Source of the DNA: Galbitalea sp.
GTDB taxonomy: Bacteria; Actinomycetota; Actinomycetes; Actinomycetales; Microbacteriaceae
NCBI GenBank assembly: GCA_036271875.1
Contig: DATAZU010000025.1
Coordinates: 113,486 to 177,485 of the forward strand
DNA length: 64,000 nt
Direction: 5' to 3'
Within the stretch, counting starts at the first letter, position 1, and the number at the start of each line of letters is the position of its first letter. A model generated the notes under the pieces. It worked only from the letters and a program-made list of their open reading frames with translations, was not told the DNA's origin and did no database searches. Position numbers and translations under genes: made by a program. Below are positions 38,615 through 48,510 of the stretch, one piece after another.

Positions 38615-39178
38615 ATGACATCAGGTGCAGTGACGGAACGGTTCGTGCTGCGCGCGAACCGCAGCTCCGATGGCTGGCAGCAGCTCAGCGGGGACGATTT
38701 CGCGTTGGCATTTCGCAATCATCCGGCCGGCGTCGCAGTGATCACCGCCGACGCGGGTGACGGTCCGGTCGGACTGACCGCGACATCTGTGTTCTCGGTC
38801 AGCGCTGAACCGCCGCTCTTCGTCTTCTCGATCTCGTCACAGTCATCGAGTGCGCCGGCACTCGCACGCGCGGACACGGTGGTTGTGCACCTCCTGAGCG
38901 CTGCGCAGCTTCCGGTGGCCAGGCTCTTTGCCACGAGCGGCGTGGATCGGTTCGCGGATCCCCAGTCGTGGGCTCGACTGGCAACGGGTGAACCGTACCT
39001 GCCCGACTCGCCATCCTGGCTTCGCGGTCGGATCATCAACCGGATGCAGGCGGGCAGTTCCACCGTGATCGCGGTTCACGCGCTCGAGTCGCGAATCGAG
39101 GACGTCGACGCCGAGCCACTCGTCTACCACAACCGCACGTGGCACAGCGTCGGGAACCACTCCCGGCTTGAGGCCTGA
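38615..39178 (+). CDS. Flavin reductase family protein
   Basis: AFRNHPAGVAVITA, GLTATSV.SVSAEPP, PLVYHNR; divergent from the monooxygenase operon. Confidence 0.93.
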   Translation: MTSGAVTERFVLRANRSSDGWQQLSGDDFALAFRNHPAGVAVITADAGDGPVGLTATSVFSVSAEPPLFVFSISSQSSSAPALARADTVVVHLLSAAQLPVARLFATSGVDRFADPQSWARLATGEPYLPDSPSWLRGRIINRMQAGSSTVIAVHALESRIEDVDAEPLVYHNRTWHSVGNHSRLEA

Positions 39179-39191
39179 CGCGAGCTCGGTC

Positions 39192-39404
39192 TTATGCGAG
39201 CTGGAGCGACGGGATTACGAGGTAGACGCCGTACAGCGCTCCGGCCGCGGCCACAACGAAGCAGGTGACGGCTACCACCCGCACTCCGCGGTGAGTCTCG
39301 GCGATTGCGAGCAGTCGCAGCCCGAGGGCAAAGATCGCCACGAGCACGGCTGCCGAACCGATCGAGACGGCGGCAACGACGATGAACGCGGCCCAGTCGA
39401 TCAC
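39192..39404 (-). CDS. Small two-TM membrane protein coupled to pit
   Basis: MIDWAAF..., FALGLRL, CF...LYGVYLVIP; GTGA overlap with the pit stop. Confidence 0.8.
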   Translation of the reverse strand: MIDWAAFIVVAAVSIGSAAVLVAIFALGLRLLAIAETHRGVRVVAVTCFVVAAAGALYGVYLVIPSLQLA

Positions 39405-40651
39405 GTGGCCTCCTCACGAGGACCGTAGTCGAAGAGCGAAGACTCGTCGCTCAACCGTCGCCTCGTCGCCAGGATCTCGTCACCACGCTTCTTCTCGGCC
39501 GCCCGTCGCTCCACCCGCGTCATGACCGAGTTCATCGCCACATCCACCTCGAGCGCTTTGGACTGCTCGACGGGGCGACGGCGGGAAAGCAGGAAGATCG
39601 CAAGGATCACGACCAGTCCGAGGGTGGCGTCGATGACGAGACCCTCAACACCCAGGCCAGCGATGACTTCGCACACCGCGCCGACTGCTGCCGCCGCGGG
39701 AAGCGTAATAAACCAGGCGATCACGATCTTGCCAGCGGTGGCCCACTGGATGGCGCCGCCGCGACGTCCGAGCCCAGCGCCGATGATCGAGCCCGAGGCG
39801 ACCTGGGTCGTCGAGAGTGCGAATCCGAGGTGGCTCGACGCGAGGACTGTCGCCGCCGTTGCTGCCTCCGCCGAGAAACCCTGCGTGGCCTTGATGTCGG
39901 TCAGCCCTCCGCCGAGTGTCTGAATGATGCGCCACCCTCCGGAGTATGTCCCCGCCGCGATGGCGCAGGCACAAACGATGATTACCCAAACCGGGGGCGC
40001 CGATCCGGTCGGCAGGAAACCTCCGGCGATGAGGGCAAGCGTGATGACGCCCATCGTCTTCTGCGCGTCGTTGGTTCCGTGGGCAAGGGCGACCAGCGAC
40101 GAAGTGAAGATTTGACCGACCCGGAATCCGGCGCGGTGGTTCTTTTCGACGGGTCGGCGCGTGATTCGATACGCGAGGCGAGTCGCGATGAAACCGGCGA
40201 GCCCGGCAACGAGCGGCGCAAGCACCGCCGGGATGATGACTTTCGAGAGCACGACTCCGAAGTCCACCGAGCCCAGTCCTGCGCCAACCAGCGCGGCCCC
40301 GATGAGTCCCCCGAACAGCGCATGCGACGAAGATGATGGCAGTCCCCGGAGCCAGGTCACCAGGTTCCAGATGACTGCGCCGATGAGACCGGCGAAGATC
40401 ATTGCGGGCGTGATGTCGACGCCGCCCGGTCCTTCGTGGATGATTCCGCCCGAGATCGTGGACGCCACCGTCGTTGACAGAAACGCCCCGGCGAGGTTGA
40501 GTACGGCCGCAACCGCCACGGCCACCTTGGGTCGCAGGGCGCCCGTCGCGATGGGCGTCGCCATCGCGTTCGCGGTGTCGTGAAACCCGTTCGTGAAGTC
40601 GAAGAAGACTGCGAGCACAATCACCAGGACAACAATGAACGTGAGACCCAC
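39401..40651 (-). CDS. pit: Inorganic phosphate transporter (PiT family)
   Basis: FDFTNGFHDTANAMAT, GLPSSSSHAL, AHGTNDAQKTMG, LSTTQV. Confidence 0.96.
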   Translation of the reverse strand: MGLTFIVVLVIVLAVFFDFTNGFHDTANAMATPIATGALRPKVAVAVAAVLNLAGAFLSTTVASTISGGIIHEGPGGVDITPAMIFAGLIGAVIWNLVTWLRGLPSSSSHALFGGLIGAALVGAGLGSVDFGVVLSKVIIPAVLAPLVAGLAGFIATRLAYRITRRPVEKNHRAGFRVGQIFTSSLVALAHGTNDAQKTMGVITLALIAGGFLPTGSAPPVWVIIVCACAIAAGTYSGGWRIIQTLGGGLTDIKATQGFSAEAATAATVLASSHLGFALSTTQVASGSIIGAGLGRRGGAIQWATAGKIVIAWFITLPAAAAVGAVCEVIAGLGVEGLVIDATLGLVVILAIFLLSRRRPVEQSKALEVDVAMNSVMTRVERRAAEKKRGDEILATRRRLSDESSLFDYGPREEAT

Positions 40652-40744
40652 GGCCTGACTCTGTCATTGAACGTTCCCCTTGGCAAGCCGAAGTACCGTA
40701 GACCGCTGGCGCCCGGATGTTGCACCGCCGGTAGGGTTCGAAGC

Positions 40745-41542
40745 ATGAATTGCTTCTCGGTCGAACGCGACGGCGATGTCGCCCTGGTCACGCTCCTCTC
40801 CCCGTCCATGGGGCTTGAATTCTTCCGCGAACTCCCAACCGTGTTCCGGGAACTCGATGCCGACGCCGGCGTGCGTGTGATCGTGCTCGGCGGCGGCGCG
40901 AACTTCTCGTACGGCCTGGACCTGAAGGATGTCGCCCCGCTGTTCGCACCGCTCGCCGGTGACAACGTCGGGGCCTCCGCGCGCGCGAAGGTACTTGCCC
41001 AGGTGCGCGAGTGGCAGGCATCCATGACGGCCGTTGCCGATTGCCGGACGCCGATTATCTCGTGCGTAGACGGCTGGTGCATTGGTGGCGGCATCGACCT
41101 CGTTGCCGCAACGGACATCCGGGTCGCGACCTCGAGTGCGAAGTTCAGCGTGCGCGAGACAAAGGTGGCGATCGTCGCCGACCTCGGCGGCCTACAGCGC
41201 CTGGTCGGCATCATCGGCGACGGTCACCTGCGCGAGCTGGCGCTGACCGGTGGCGACATCGACAGCACGCGGGCCGAACGAATCGGCCTCGTGAACACCG
41301 TGTATCCGGATGCCGAAGCGCTGCGGGATGCTGCCATCGCTCTCGCCCGCGAAATTGCGGCCAATTCCCCGCTCGTGGTGCGCGGCATCAAAGAGGTGCT
41401 GGATGCCGAGCGCTCACCCAGGGTCGAGGCGGGACTGCGCTATGTCGCGACCTGGAACGCAGCATTCCTGCCAAGCCGCGATCTCGGCGAGGCGTTCGCA
41501 TCCTTCGCAGAGCGTCGTCCGGCTGAGTACACCGGCGAGTAG
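40745..41542 (+). CDS. Crotonase family protein (delta3,5-delta2,4-dienoyl-CoA isomerase-like)
   Basis: NFSYGLDL, GWCIGGGIDL, FSVRE.KVAIVADLG.LQRL, WNAAFL; TAGGGT -10-like box 7 nt upstream suggests a leaderless start. Confidence 0.92.
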   Translation: MNCFSVERDGDVALVTLLSPSMGLEFFRELPTVFRELDADAGVRVIVLGGGANFSYGLDLKDVAPLFAPLAGDNVGASARAKVLAQVREWQASMTAVADCRTPIISCVDGWCIGGGIDLVAATDIRVATSSAKFSVRETKVAIVADLGGLQRLVGIIGDGHLRELALTGGDIDSTRAERIGLVNTVYPDAEALRDAAIALAREIAANSPLVVRGIKEVLDAERSPRVEAGLRYVATWNAAFLPSRDLGEAFASFAERRPAEYTGE

Positions 41543-41627
41543 GGCCCTATTAGCGCAACTCCGGGATCGGATTCGAAGACTCCGGTCCGCGTGACCGTCC
41601 CCGCGTTGCCAAGCGGCTTTCTCGCCG

Positions 41628-44600
41628 CTACCTCGACAGCCGCACACGCCGAGAGAAGCGGCGAACCAGTATCACCGCCCCGCCGATCAGCACGAGGAAC
41701 AGGCCGTCCAGAAGGCCGGGAAGCGGGCTGCTGCTCCCGGTGAGCGGGAGTGATCCCGTCGCAGTAAAGACGAAAGTGCCCGCGGTCGAAAGGCCAGCGA
41801 TCGTCGTTATGACAACGTCCGCTGTGCCGACGGTGCCGGGCGGTGTCGTTGCGGTGATCGATGTCGCACTGTTCACCGTGAAGCTCTTAGCATCCACTCC
41901 CCCAAAGGTCACTGCCGTTGCTCCGGTGAAATTCGTACCGGTTATGGTGACTACCGTTCCGCCCGTCACAGCACCATTGGCTGGAGAGATCGTCGTGATT
42001 GTCGCCGGAGCGACGTAGGTGAACTGGTCGACAGCGCTTGTTGACGACGTTCCGCCGGGCGTCGTCGCGGTGACATCCACGGTGCCCGAACCCGCCGGTG
42101 AAATCGCGGTCGCCGACGTCGGGCTGTTGACCACGAAGTCGGTGGATGTCGCCAAGCCGAAGTCGATCGCCGTCGCGCCGAGCAGGTTGGTGCCGGTGAT
42201 CGATACCGTGGTGCCACCCATCGTCGACCCGGTCGTCGGCACGATGCTGGTGATCGTTGGGGCGTTCACGAACGTGAATTGGTCTGCCGCGTTCAATGCT
42301 GAATCACCGCCGTATCCGCCCACCTTGAAATTCAGAGTTCCGGAACCGGCATTCGTCGTCGCCGTGATGGACGTCGGACTGTTTTCCACCCAGCCGACCT
42401 GGTTCGCCCCGAGGAAGACCACGGACACGCCATCGAAGCCAGTGCCAGTAATCGTTACAGCCGTTCCGCCGGCTGTGGGTCCTGCGCTCGGACTGATCGA
42501 GGTGATCGTCGGCGGCTCGAAATGGGTGAACTCGTCGGCGACGCTGATCGCCGAGCTTCCGCCGGGCGTAGTCACGATGACATCAACCACACCGAGGCCC
42601 GGTGGTGCAACTGCGGTGATGGTCGTCGCGTTGGAGACTCCCCAGTCGGTAACGGGCATTGCACCAAAGGTCAGGGCTGTTGCCCCGGTAAAGCCCGTGC
42701 CGGTGATGGTCACGAACTCACCGCCCGCAGTACCGCCCGCCGGAAACAACACTCCAGTGATCACTGGCCGGTCGAGATAGGTGTAACGGTCGACCGCCGA
42801 GGTGGCGGACGTTTGCCCGCCCGCGATCACCGACACGTCCACCACACCACTCCCCGCGGGCGCGACCACTGTGATCAGGGTCGGCGTCACCGAAAGAATC
42901 GTTGCCGCAGTGCTGCCGAAGAGCACAGTCGTCGCTCCGGTGAACCCGCTTCCGCTGATCTGCACGGTCGCACCGCCGGCGGCCCCGCCACTGTCGGGGC
43001 TCAGCGCCGTGACGGCCGGACGAACGACGAAGTCGATGAAGTTGATGGCGAGCAGGCTGTATTGCACTACCGTGCCGTCAGTTGCTATCAGGTTCGGGCT
43101 GAAGAATCTGGCGATCGCGGTGAGCGCGGTGGTTGTCCTACTGGCTGCGACGGTGGCGGTGCAATTCTCGCTGGCTCCGACGGATAGGAGGTCGGACGGA
43201 CAGGTAATACCCAACGCGCCCGCGGACAGGCTGTCGAAGCTCAGCGGCACATCCCCCGAATTCTTCAGGGTGACAACGATGGGGGCACCCGCCGCGACGG
43301 TGGGGCCTGGCGAAACCGTCGAGTCCGAGCCATCCACGGTGCTCAACAGGGTCGCCTGGGGAGTGACGCCGGTGAAGTACGCTATATAGTTCCCGCCGAC
43401 GGGTCCACTCGAAGCCACTGCATCGACGGTCGCCGTGAGTGTGTCGATGCCGGACGCCGCGGTGAGGTCTGCCTCACAGGTCATTGACGTAAGGGCTGCG
43501 ATCGTTGTCGATGGGCACGTGATTGTCGTGCTGGCATTCGTGACACTCACATTGGTGAGTGCGCTTGCAAATGTGTTCGTCAGAGTGAACTGCACAGTGA
43601 CGGGATCCCCGGTCAGCACGTCGGGGCCGGGCGCGGCGAGCGTCTCCTCGGTCTGAGCCGAGGGAATCACCGCGAGTACTCCCGTCGGCAGTTGGGCAAA
43701 GTAGTTCCCGTCATCCTCGCCTGACACAACCGGTATGCCGACCACCGCGTTGGGCTGCGGGCTTCCGCCGCCGAACGCCTTCGTGATTCCGGCGTGCGTC
43801 CCTGCCGGCCGAGTTACCGTGACGGTGTATCCGACTCCGCTCGACGGGCGCACATTGGAGAACGCGTAGTCTCCGTCTGGTGCCGGCGAAGTGGTCAGAT
43901 CTACCGAATTGCCAAGATCATCAAGGCCCGTGAGCGTGAGCGTTGAGCCTGAAGCCGCAGGATCGCCGCTGCCGTAAATGCCGTCCTGGTCTTCGTCGAT
44001 ATATACGCCTCCGTGGATCAACGCGGGCTGCACTTCGCCGAAGTTGTAGTTGCTTGCCGCGGAACCTGAGGGTAGCTGGACGCTCACGAACTGGCCGTTT
44101 CCGCCGGTGCCCCCATCGGAGCCAACGGTGGATTTACCGTCGAGGTATCCCGCTGGCTGGGTTTCGGTGACGGTGTATCCGCCGGTCCCAGCGGGGCGCA
44201 GATTGGTGAACGCGTAGCTACCGTCTGCTGCCGTCGTCGTCGTCAAGTTGACGGCCGATCCAAGGTCATTGATGCCTGTGAGCGTAACCGAGGTGCCGGC
44301 GATCCCGGACTCGGTGGATTCCTCGATCCCATTGTCATTCGAGTCCAGGTAGACCGAGCCGCTGATTGACGCGACCTGCAATTCGCCGAAGTCATAACCC
44401 GTGGCAGCCGCACCTGACCCGAGCACGATGGCCGAGGCAGTGTCGTTGCCCAGCGTGCCGCCTGCCGTTCCCACCGCATCCCGACCATCGAGGTAGCCAG
44501 CCGGCTGAGTCTCGAGAACGGTGTAGCCGGACGCGCTGGATGGGGACAGGTTCGTCAGGGTGAAGCTGCCGTCGCCGGCGGTCGTCGTGCTGACGTTGAC

Positions 44601-45539
44601 CACGTCGCCAGCGATGTCAGCGCCGATGAGTATCACCGTTACCCCGGCGATTCCCGCCTCCCCAGAGTCCTTCGTTCCGTTGTCGTTCGCGTCGATGTAT
44701 GCGTAGCCGCTGATGCTGGATGCCTGCAGCTCGCCGAAGAGGTATCCGGTCGCGGCATCCCCTGAACCCAGCACGACACCGCTAAACACGTCGTTGCCGA
44801 CGACGCCTCCGCCGTCTCCCAGCGTGTCATCGCCGTCGCCGAAGCCCTGCGGCTGCGTCTCAGTGACCGTGTAACCCGAAGAGTCCGACGGGCGCAATCC
44901 TGGGAATGTATACGAGCCGTCCGCCTGGCTACTCACGTGGATGTCAACTGCTGAGCCCTGATCATCGGTTCCGGTCAGTTGCACTGTCGTGCCCACGATG
45001 CCGGGTTCGCCGCCCTGCTTGACCCCGTCGTCGTTTGAGTCGGCATAGACCGAGCCGCTCAGGCTTGCGGGCTGAAGTTCGGCGAAGTTGTTGTCGGTGC
45101 CGACAACGCCGCCTGCGAGCACGATTCCCGTGATCGCCTTTCCGGAAAGCGCGCCACCGGGCGTTCCGACCGAATCCGTACCCGGGAGATATCCCGTCGG
45201 AGCCGACTCGGTGACGGTGTAGCCGCTCGCGTCGCTCGGCGCGAGGCTCGGGAAGGTGTAGCTGCCGTCGGCAAGCGTTTGAACCGTAATGTCGACGATG
45301 TGCGTCGTGCTGTCGGTGCCGGTGATCGTCACGCTCACGCCGGAGAGGCCGGGCTCGGCAACGTCCTTGACGCCGTTGTCGTTCAGGTCGCTGTAAACGA
45401 AACCGGAGATGCTGGCGGTATTCGCAGCGAATGCCGCTGACGGCACGAGCAACACTCCGCCGACGGTGAGCGCAACCGCGGAAACAGCGGCGAGTACGCC
45501 ACGAAAAGATGTCCGTCGGATGTATGCCGTTCTTCTCAT
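41628..45539 (-). CDS. Large cell-wall-anchored protein: 5 SdrD B-like repeats, Ig-like linker, 5 IPT/TIG repeats, LPxTG
   Basis: Signal peptide ending AFA; five SG.VY.D.N..G repeats; five P.IT.ISP..G...GG repeats; LPLTG, TM helix and basic tail. Confidence 0.9.
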   Translation of the reverse strand: MRRTAYIRRTSFRGVLAAVSAVALTVGGVLLVPSAAFAANTASISGFVYSDLNDNGVKDVAEPGLSGVSVTITGTDSTTHIVDITVQTLADGSYTFPSLAPSDASGYTVTESAPTGYLPGTDSVGTPGGALSGKAITGIVLAGGVVGTDNNFAELQPASLSGSVYADSNDDGVKQGGEPGIVGTTVQLTGTDDQGSAVDIHVSSQADGSYTFPGLRPSDSSGYTVTETQPQGFGDGDDTLGDGGGVVGNDVFSGVVLGSGDAATGYLFGELQASSISGYAYIDANDNGTKDSGEAGIAGVTVILIGADIAGDVVNVSTTTAGDGSFTLTNLSPSSASGYTVLETQPAGYLDGRDAVGTAGGTLGNDTASAIVLGSGAAATGYDFGELQVASISGSVYLDSNDNGIEESTESGIAGTSVTLTGINDLGSAVNLTTTTAADGSYAFTNLRPAGTGGYTVTETQPAGYLDGKSTVGSDGGTGGNGQFVSVQLPSGSAASNYNFGEVQPALIHGGVYIDEDQDGIYGSGDPAASGSTLTLTGLDDLGNSVDLTTSPAPDGDYAFSNVRPSSGVGYTVTVTRPAGTHAGITKAFGGGSPQPNAVVGIPVVSGEDDGNYFAQLPTGVLAVIPSAQTEETLAAPGPDVLTGDPVTVQFTLTNTFASALTNVSVTNASTTITCPSTTIAALTSMTCEADLTAASGIDTLTATVDAVASSGPVGGNYIAYFTGVTPQATLLSTVDGSDSTVSPGPTVAAGAPIVVTLKNSGDVPLSFDSLSAGALGITCPSDLLSVGASENCTATVAASRTTTALTAIARFFSPNLIATDGTVVQYSLLAINFIDFVVRPAVTALSPDSGGAAGGATVQISGSGFTGATTVLFGSTAATILSVTPTLITVVAPAGSGVVDVSVIAGGQTSATSAVDRYTYLDRPVITGVLFPAGGTAGGEFVTITGTGFTGATALTFGAMPVTDWGVSNATTITAVAPPGLGVVDVIVTTPGGSSAISVADEFTHFEPPTITSISPSAGPTAGGTAVTITGTGFDGVSVVFLGANQVGWVENSPTSITATTNAGSGTLNFKVGGYGGDSALNAADQFTFVNAPTITSIVPTTGSTMGGTTVSITGTNLLGATAIDFGLATSTDFVVNSPTSATAISPAGSGTVDVTATTPGGTSSTSAVDQFTYVAPATITTISPANGAVTGGTVVTITGTNFTGATAVTFGGVDAKSFTVNSATSITATTPPGTVGTADVVITTIAGLSTAGTFVFTATGSLPLTGSSSPLPGLLDGLFLVLIGGAVILVRRFSRRVRLSR

Positions 45540-45644
45540 GAAGTCCACCTGCGGATTGTCGGGCGCCGCGACATCAGTATTGCGGAATTGGGGGCCTCAC
45601 CACTACTTCGGCGGGCCGGTGTCGACCGGTTGTGGGCGCCCGCG

Positions 45645-45746
45645 CTATGCGACCGACCCCGCGGGTACAGGCTCGCTCGTGATCAGCACGACGATGCCGT
45701 CCGGGTCCGCGATCATCGTGGCGTACGGACCGATCAGGTTTCCCGG
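45645..45746 (-). pseudogene. C-terminal remnant of a VOC/glyoxalase gene
   Basis: Reads PGNLIGPYATMIADPDGIVVLITSEPVPAGSVA*, with the DPDG signature; in-frame TAG immediately upstream. Confidence 0.5.
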
Positions 45747-45761
45747 CTAAGGGAATAGCTA

Positions 45762-46223
45762 GTGCCTGTCGATCGTGGCGTTGTGCTCAGCAGGTTGCTC
45801 GAGGTGGTGATCGAGCGCGAGACACCCATCCTTGCTGCGCACGAGCTCACCATGTGGGAGTACATCGTCCTCGCGTCAATCTCGTCAGAGCCGGGGCTCA
45901 GCCAAAGTGAACTTGCGCAACTGAGCCGGCGAGACTCGACGCGCCTCATCCGCCATCTCGACGATCTGGTCACGCGCGAGCTCGTTGTTCGCGACATCGA
46001 TCCTGGCGACCGACGACGTCGCGTTGTGCGACTCACCCACGCGGGAAGCGCGCGCCTCGGTGCGACACAGGAAGCGATTCGAGCGATGGAAGCTGAACTT
46101 CTCCGCGCGCTTCCCGAAAGCGAACAGCAAGGGCTGCGCAGCGCGCTCGCCACGTCCCTCCGCAGCGTCGCATCCGGCAAACCACCGACCGACTCCGCAC
46201 TGTCCCACAATTCGAGCGAGTGA
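45762..46223 (+). CDS. MarR family regulator
   Basis: LSQSELA....D.TRLI..LDDL....LV.R..DP.DRR...V.LT..G. Confidence 0.92.
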   Translation: MPVDRGVVLSRLLEVVIERETPILAAHELTMWEYIVLASISSEPGLSQSELAQLSRRDSTRLIRHLDDLVTRELVVRDIDPGDRRRRVVRLTHAGSARLGATQEAIRAMEAELLRALPESEQQGLRSALATSLRSVASGKPPTDSALSHNSSE

Positions 46224-46269
46224 CTCGGTTTGTTATCTCAACCCGGACGGTCCTGGAACACCGCAGTTT

Positions 46270-48510
46270 CTAGGAATCGGCGAAGGCGGATCGGAGCGTC
46301 GACCAACTGTCGCCGCGAACATAGACCGGCACCTCGTCGATCGGCGCTGGACGGTTAACCACCCGGCCACCCGTGACGGATTCACCGGTCCACGCATCCA
46401 CCCACACCCCTTCCGGCAGGTAGACGTCCCAATCGCGGCGACCCTCCTCCGTGACCGGCGCGACCAGAAGGTCGGAGCCGAGCATCCACTGCAGCGGATG
46501 TAGCCAGACCTGCTCATCGCCCGGGAAATCGAAAAACAGCGGACGCATCAGCGGCTCACCGCGCGCGATTGCCGACGCCGCCTGTTCGACGAGATATCCG
46601 TTCAGGCGCTCGCGCACCTGCACGAACCGGCGGAAGACGGGGATGACGCGGTCGTCCCCCGACTCCTCGGCAACGTTCCACGGCGTGCGATCGCGCAGCG
46701 GCAGGCGGTGATGGTTGAACTCGGAGTGGTACTGCATGATCGGGACGAACGCGGCCGCGGCGGCGGATCGCAGATACAGCTCCGGCGTTGGCAGGTCGCC
46801 CGAGAAGCCGCCGATGTCCCACCCCCAGTAGAGAATTCCGGATGCCGAGGCCGTCAGCCCCGCCGTCAGCGACCAGCGGAACGCATCCCACGTCGAGTTC
46901 TCGTCGCCGGCCCAAAACGCTCCGTGCGCCTGCGAGCCGGTGAAACCGGCTCGAGAGAACGTAACGGGGGGCTTGCCCGCCGACTCGAGCAGATCGCCGT
47001 ATGCCTTCGCGTAGGCGACCGGGAACAGGTTGTTTCCTTCATCGCCGTGCTTGCCGTCGAGGTAGCGGAGATCGCGTCCCCATGCGTGCTCGCCGCCATC
47101 AGTCTTGAAGCCATCGATGCCGAGTTCGTCGACCAGATAGCGGCGTTTGTTCGTCCACCAGGTGGCAGCGCGGTCATCGGTCAGGTCCGGCATGAGCCCA
47201 AGCGGGAACCACCATCCGCGGTTGCGGTATGGCCGCAGCGAACCATCGGGAGCAACCTCGCGGATGAGCACGTTCTGCTTCACCGCGTCGCCGGCGTCGA
47301 TCTCGGCCTGGCCGCTCGGATGAGGTCGCATCTTGATGAGCGGGATCTGCCAGAGCACCAGGCGCACGTCGTCGCCGTGCAGTTCATCGACCATGCCGCG
47401 AGGATCCGGCCACGCTCCGTCCGCAGGGAAGGTGTAGTCCGCGAGCACGTGCGGCCGGGCAGTTGCCTGGTATCGCGCATCGCGAAAAGCAGTGAAAGTG
47501 CTCTCGTCGCTCCACGCCTCGATGACCATCGTGCCGATCGGGATGTCGTGCTCGCGATGCAGCGCGGCCTGTCGCAGAACCTCGGCCTGGGTATTCCACT
47601 CGTTGCCGCTCGCCCAGAGCCGGAAGACCCACGACGGAAGCTCGGCCGGACGTCCGACATCCTCGAGGAAGGCGTTCAGTACCTGCGTCGGTGTTCCGGA
47701 GTAGAAGGCCACGGTGATCGCTGGCGAGTCCTCCCGCTCGGCATCAAGCTCTGCCTCGATCGCGATTCGCGAGGGATCCGTCGCCCCGATGTCGAACCAC
47801 ACTCGGCGCGACGAGCGCACGTGGAAACCCCAGCCGTCCACACCGGTCACGTGCGCGAATGGCATGGGGAGGTAGGTCTTGCGCTCGGCGCCCTGCGACT
47901 TGTATTGCTCGAAGACGACGCTGTCGAGACTCGCGGCGCGCTGATCGACGCGATCGAATCGCTCGCCGAAGCCGCTCACGTGTTCGCGCGGGTCGACGGC
48001 GATCGAGAAACGGATGCGCAGCAGTGCCAGCCCGTCATCAAGAACCTCAACCGGGCCAGCGAGTCGACTCCCACCGATGGCTGCGACCTGATCGGTGTTC
48101 GCCGACCGCCAGGCCGCAACCCGGACGTCGAACCACCGCGTATTCTGCGACCGGCTCGAATCGATCGTCCCGACAAATCGGTACCGCAGGACGTCGGCGG
48201 CGCGCAGGTCGTCGAGAGTCACCTGCCAGCCACCGGCAGCACGGACGAGTCGCGCCTGGGCGCCGGCGAGATGGCCGCCGTCGACCGTCTGTCCCCGGGA
48301 CGAGCGCGCGACCGGCTCCAATTCGATCGCGCGCTCGTGGCTTCGCCCATCCGCCGACGTAATCTCCAGCTCGCAGCGCACGCCGACTACATCCGGTGAC
48401 GTTCGCACACCGAGCAGCAGCGGTTCGCCCGCGACGGGGTCGACGGGAGACCGCTGTTCGGTGTCGACGGAGTACGGATGCCCCGACCCGAACGGACGAT
48501 GTCGGATCAC
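46270..48510 (-). CDS. GH31 cycloalternan-degrading enzyme (1,3-alpha-isomaltosidase-like)
   Basis: MIRHRP.G..HPY, FEQYK.QG...TYLPMPF, WASGNEWNTQ, IEAWSDE, DGFKTDGGE (nucleophile), WAGDENS (acid/base), MQYHSEF; resembles the Kribbella flavida enzyme as recalled. Confidence 0.88.
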   Translation of the reverse strand: MIRHRPFGSGHPYSVDTEQRSPVDPVAGEPLLLGVRTSPDVVGVRCELEITSADGRSHERAIELEPVARSSRGQTVDGGHLAGAQARLVRAAGGWQVTLDDLRAADVLRYRFVGTIDSSRSQNTRWFDVRVAAWRSANTDQVAAIGGSRLAGPVEVLDDGLALLRIRFSIAVDPREHVSGFGERFDRVDQRAASLDSVVFEQYKSQGAERKTYLPMPFAHVTGVDGWGFHVRSSRRVWFDIGATDPSRIAIEAELDAEREDSPAITVAFYSGTPTQVLNAFLEDVGRPAELPSWVFRLWASGNEWNTQAEVLRQAALHREHDIPIGTMVIEAWSDESTFTAFRDARYQATARPHVLADYTFPADGAWPDPRGMVDELHGDDVRLVLWQIPLIKMRPHPSGQAEIDAGDAVKQNVLIREVAPDGSLRPYRNRGWWFPLGLMPDLTDDRAATWWTNKRRYLVDELGIDGFKTDGGEHAWGRDLRYLDGKHGDEGNNLFPVAYAKAYGDLLESAGKPPVTFSRAGFTGSQAHGAFWAGDENSTWDAFRWSLTAGLTASASGILYWGWDIGGFSGDLPTPELYLRSAAAAAFVPIMQYHSEFNHHRLPLRDRTPWNVAEESGDDRVIPVFRRFVQVRERLNGYLVEQAASAIARGEPLMRPLFFDFPGDEQVWLHPLQWMLGSDLLVAPVTEEGRRDWDVYLPEGVWVDAWTGESVTGGRVVNRPAPIDEVPVYVRGDSWSTLRSAFADS

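Noticed and set aside
41628-45539. DNA tandem repeat or CRISPR-like array
   Set aside because: The repetition is at the protein-domain level with diverged codons; there are no identical spaced repeats.
46708-48399. 563-aa + strand ORF (also 19079-20596 and similar long antisense ORFs)
   Set aside because: Shadows of the GH31 and etfAB genes, which carry clear family motifs on the opposite strand.
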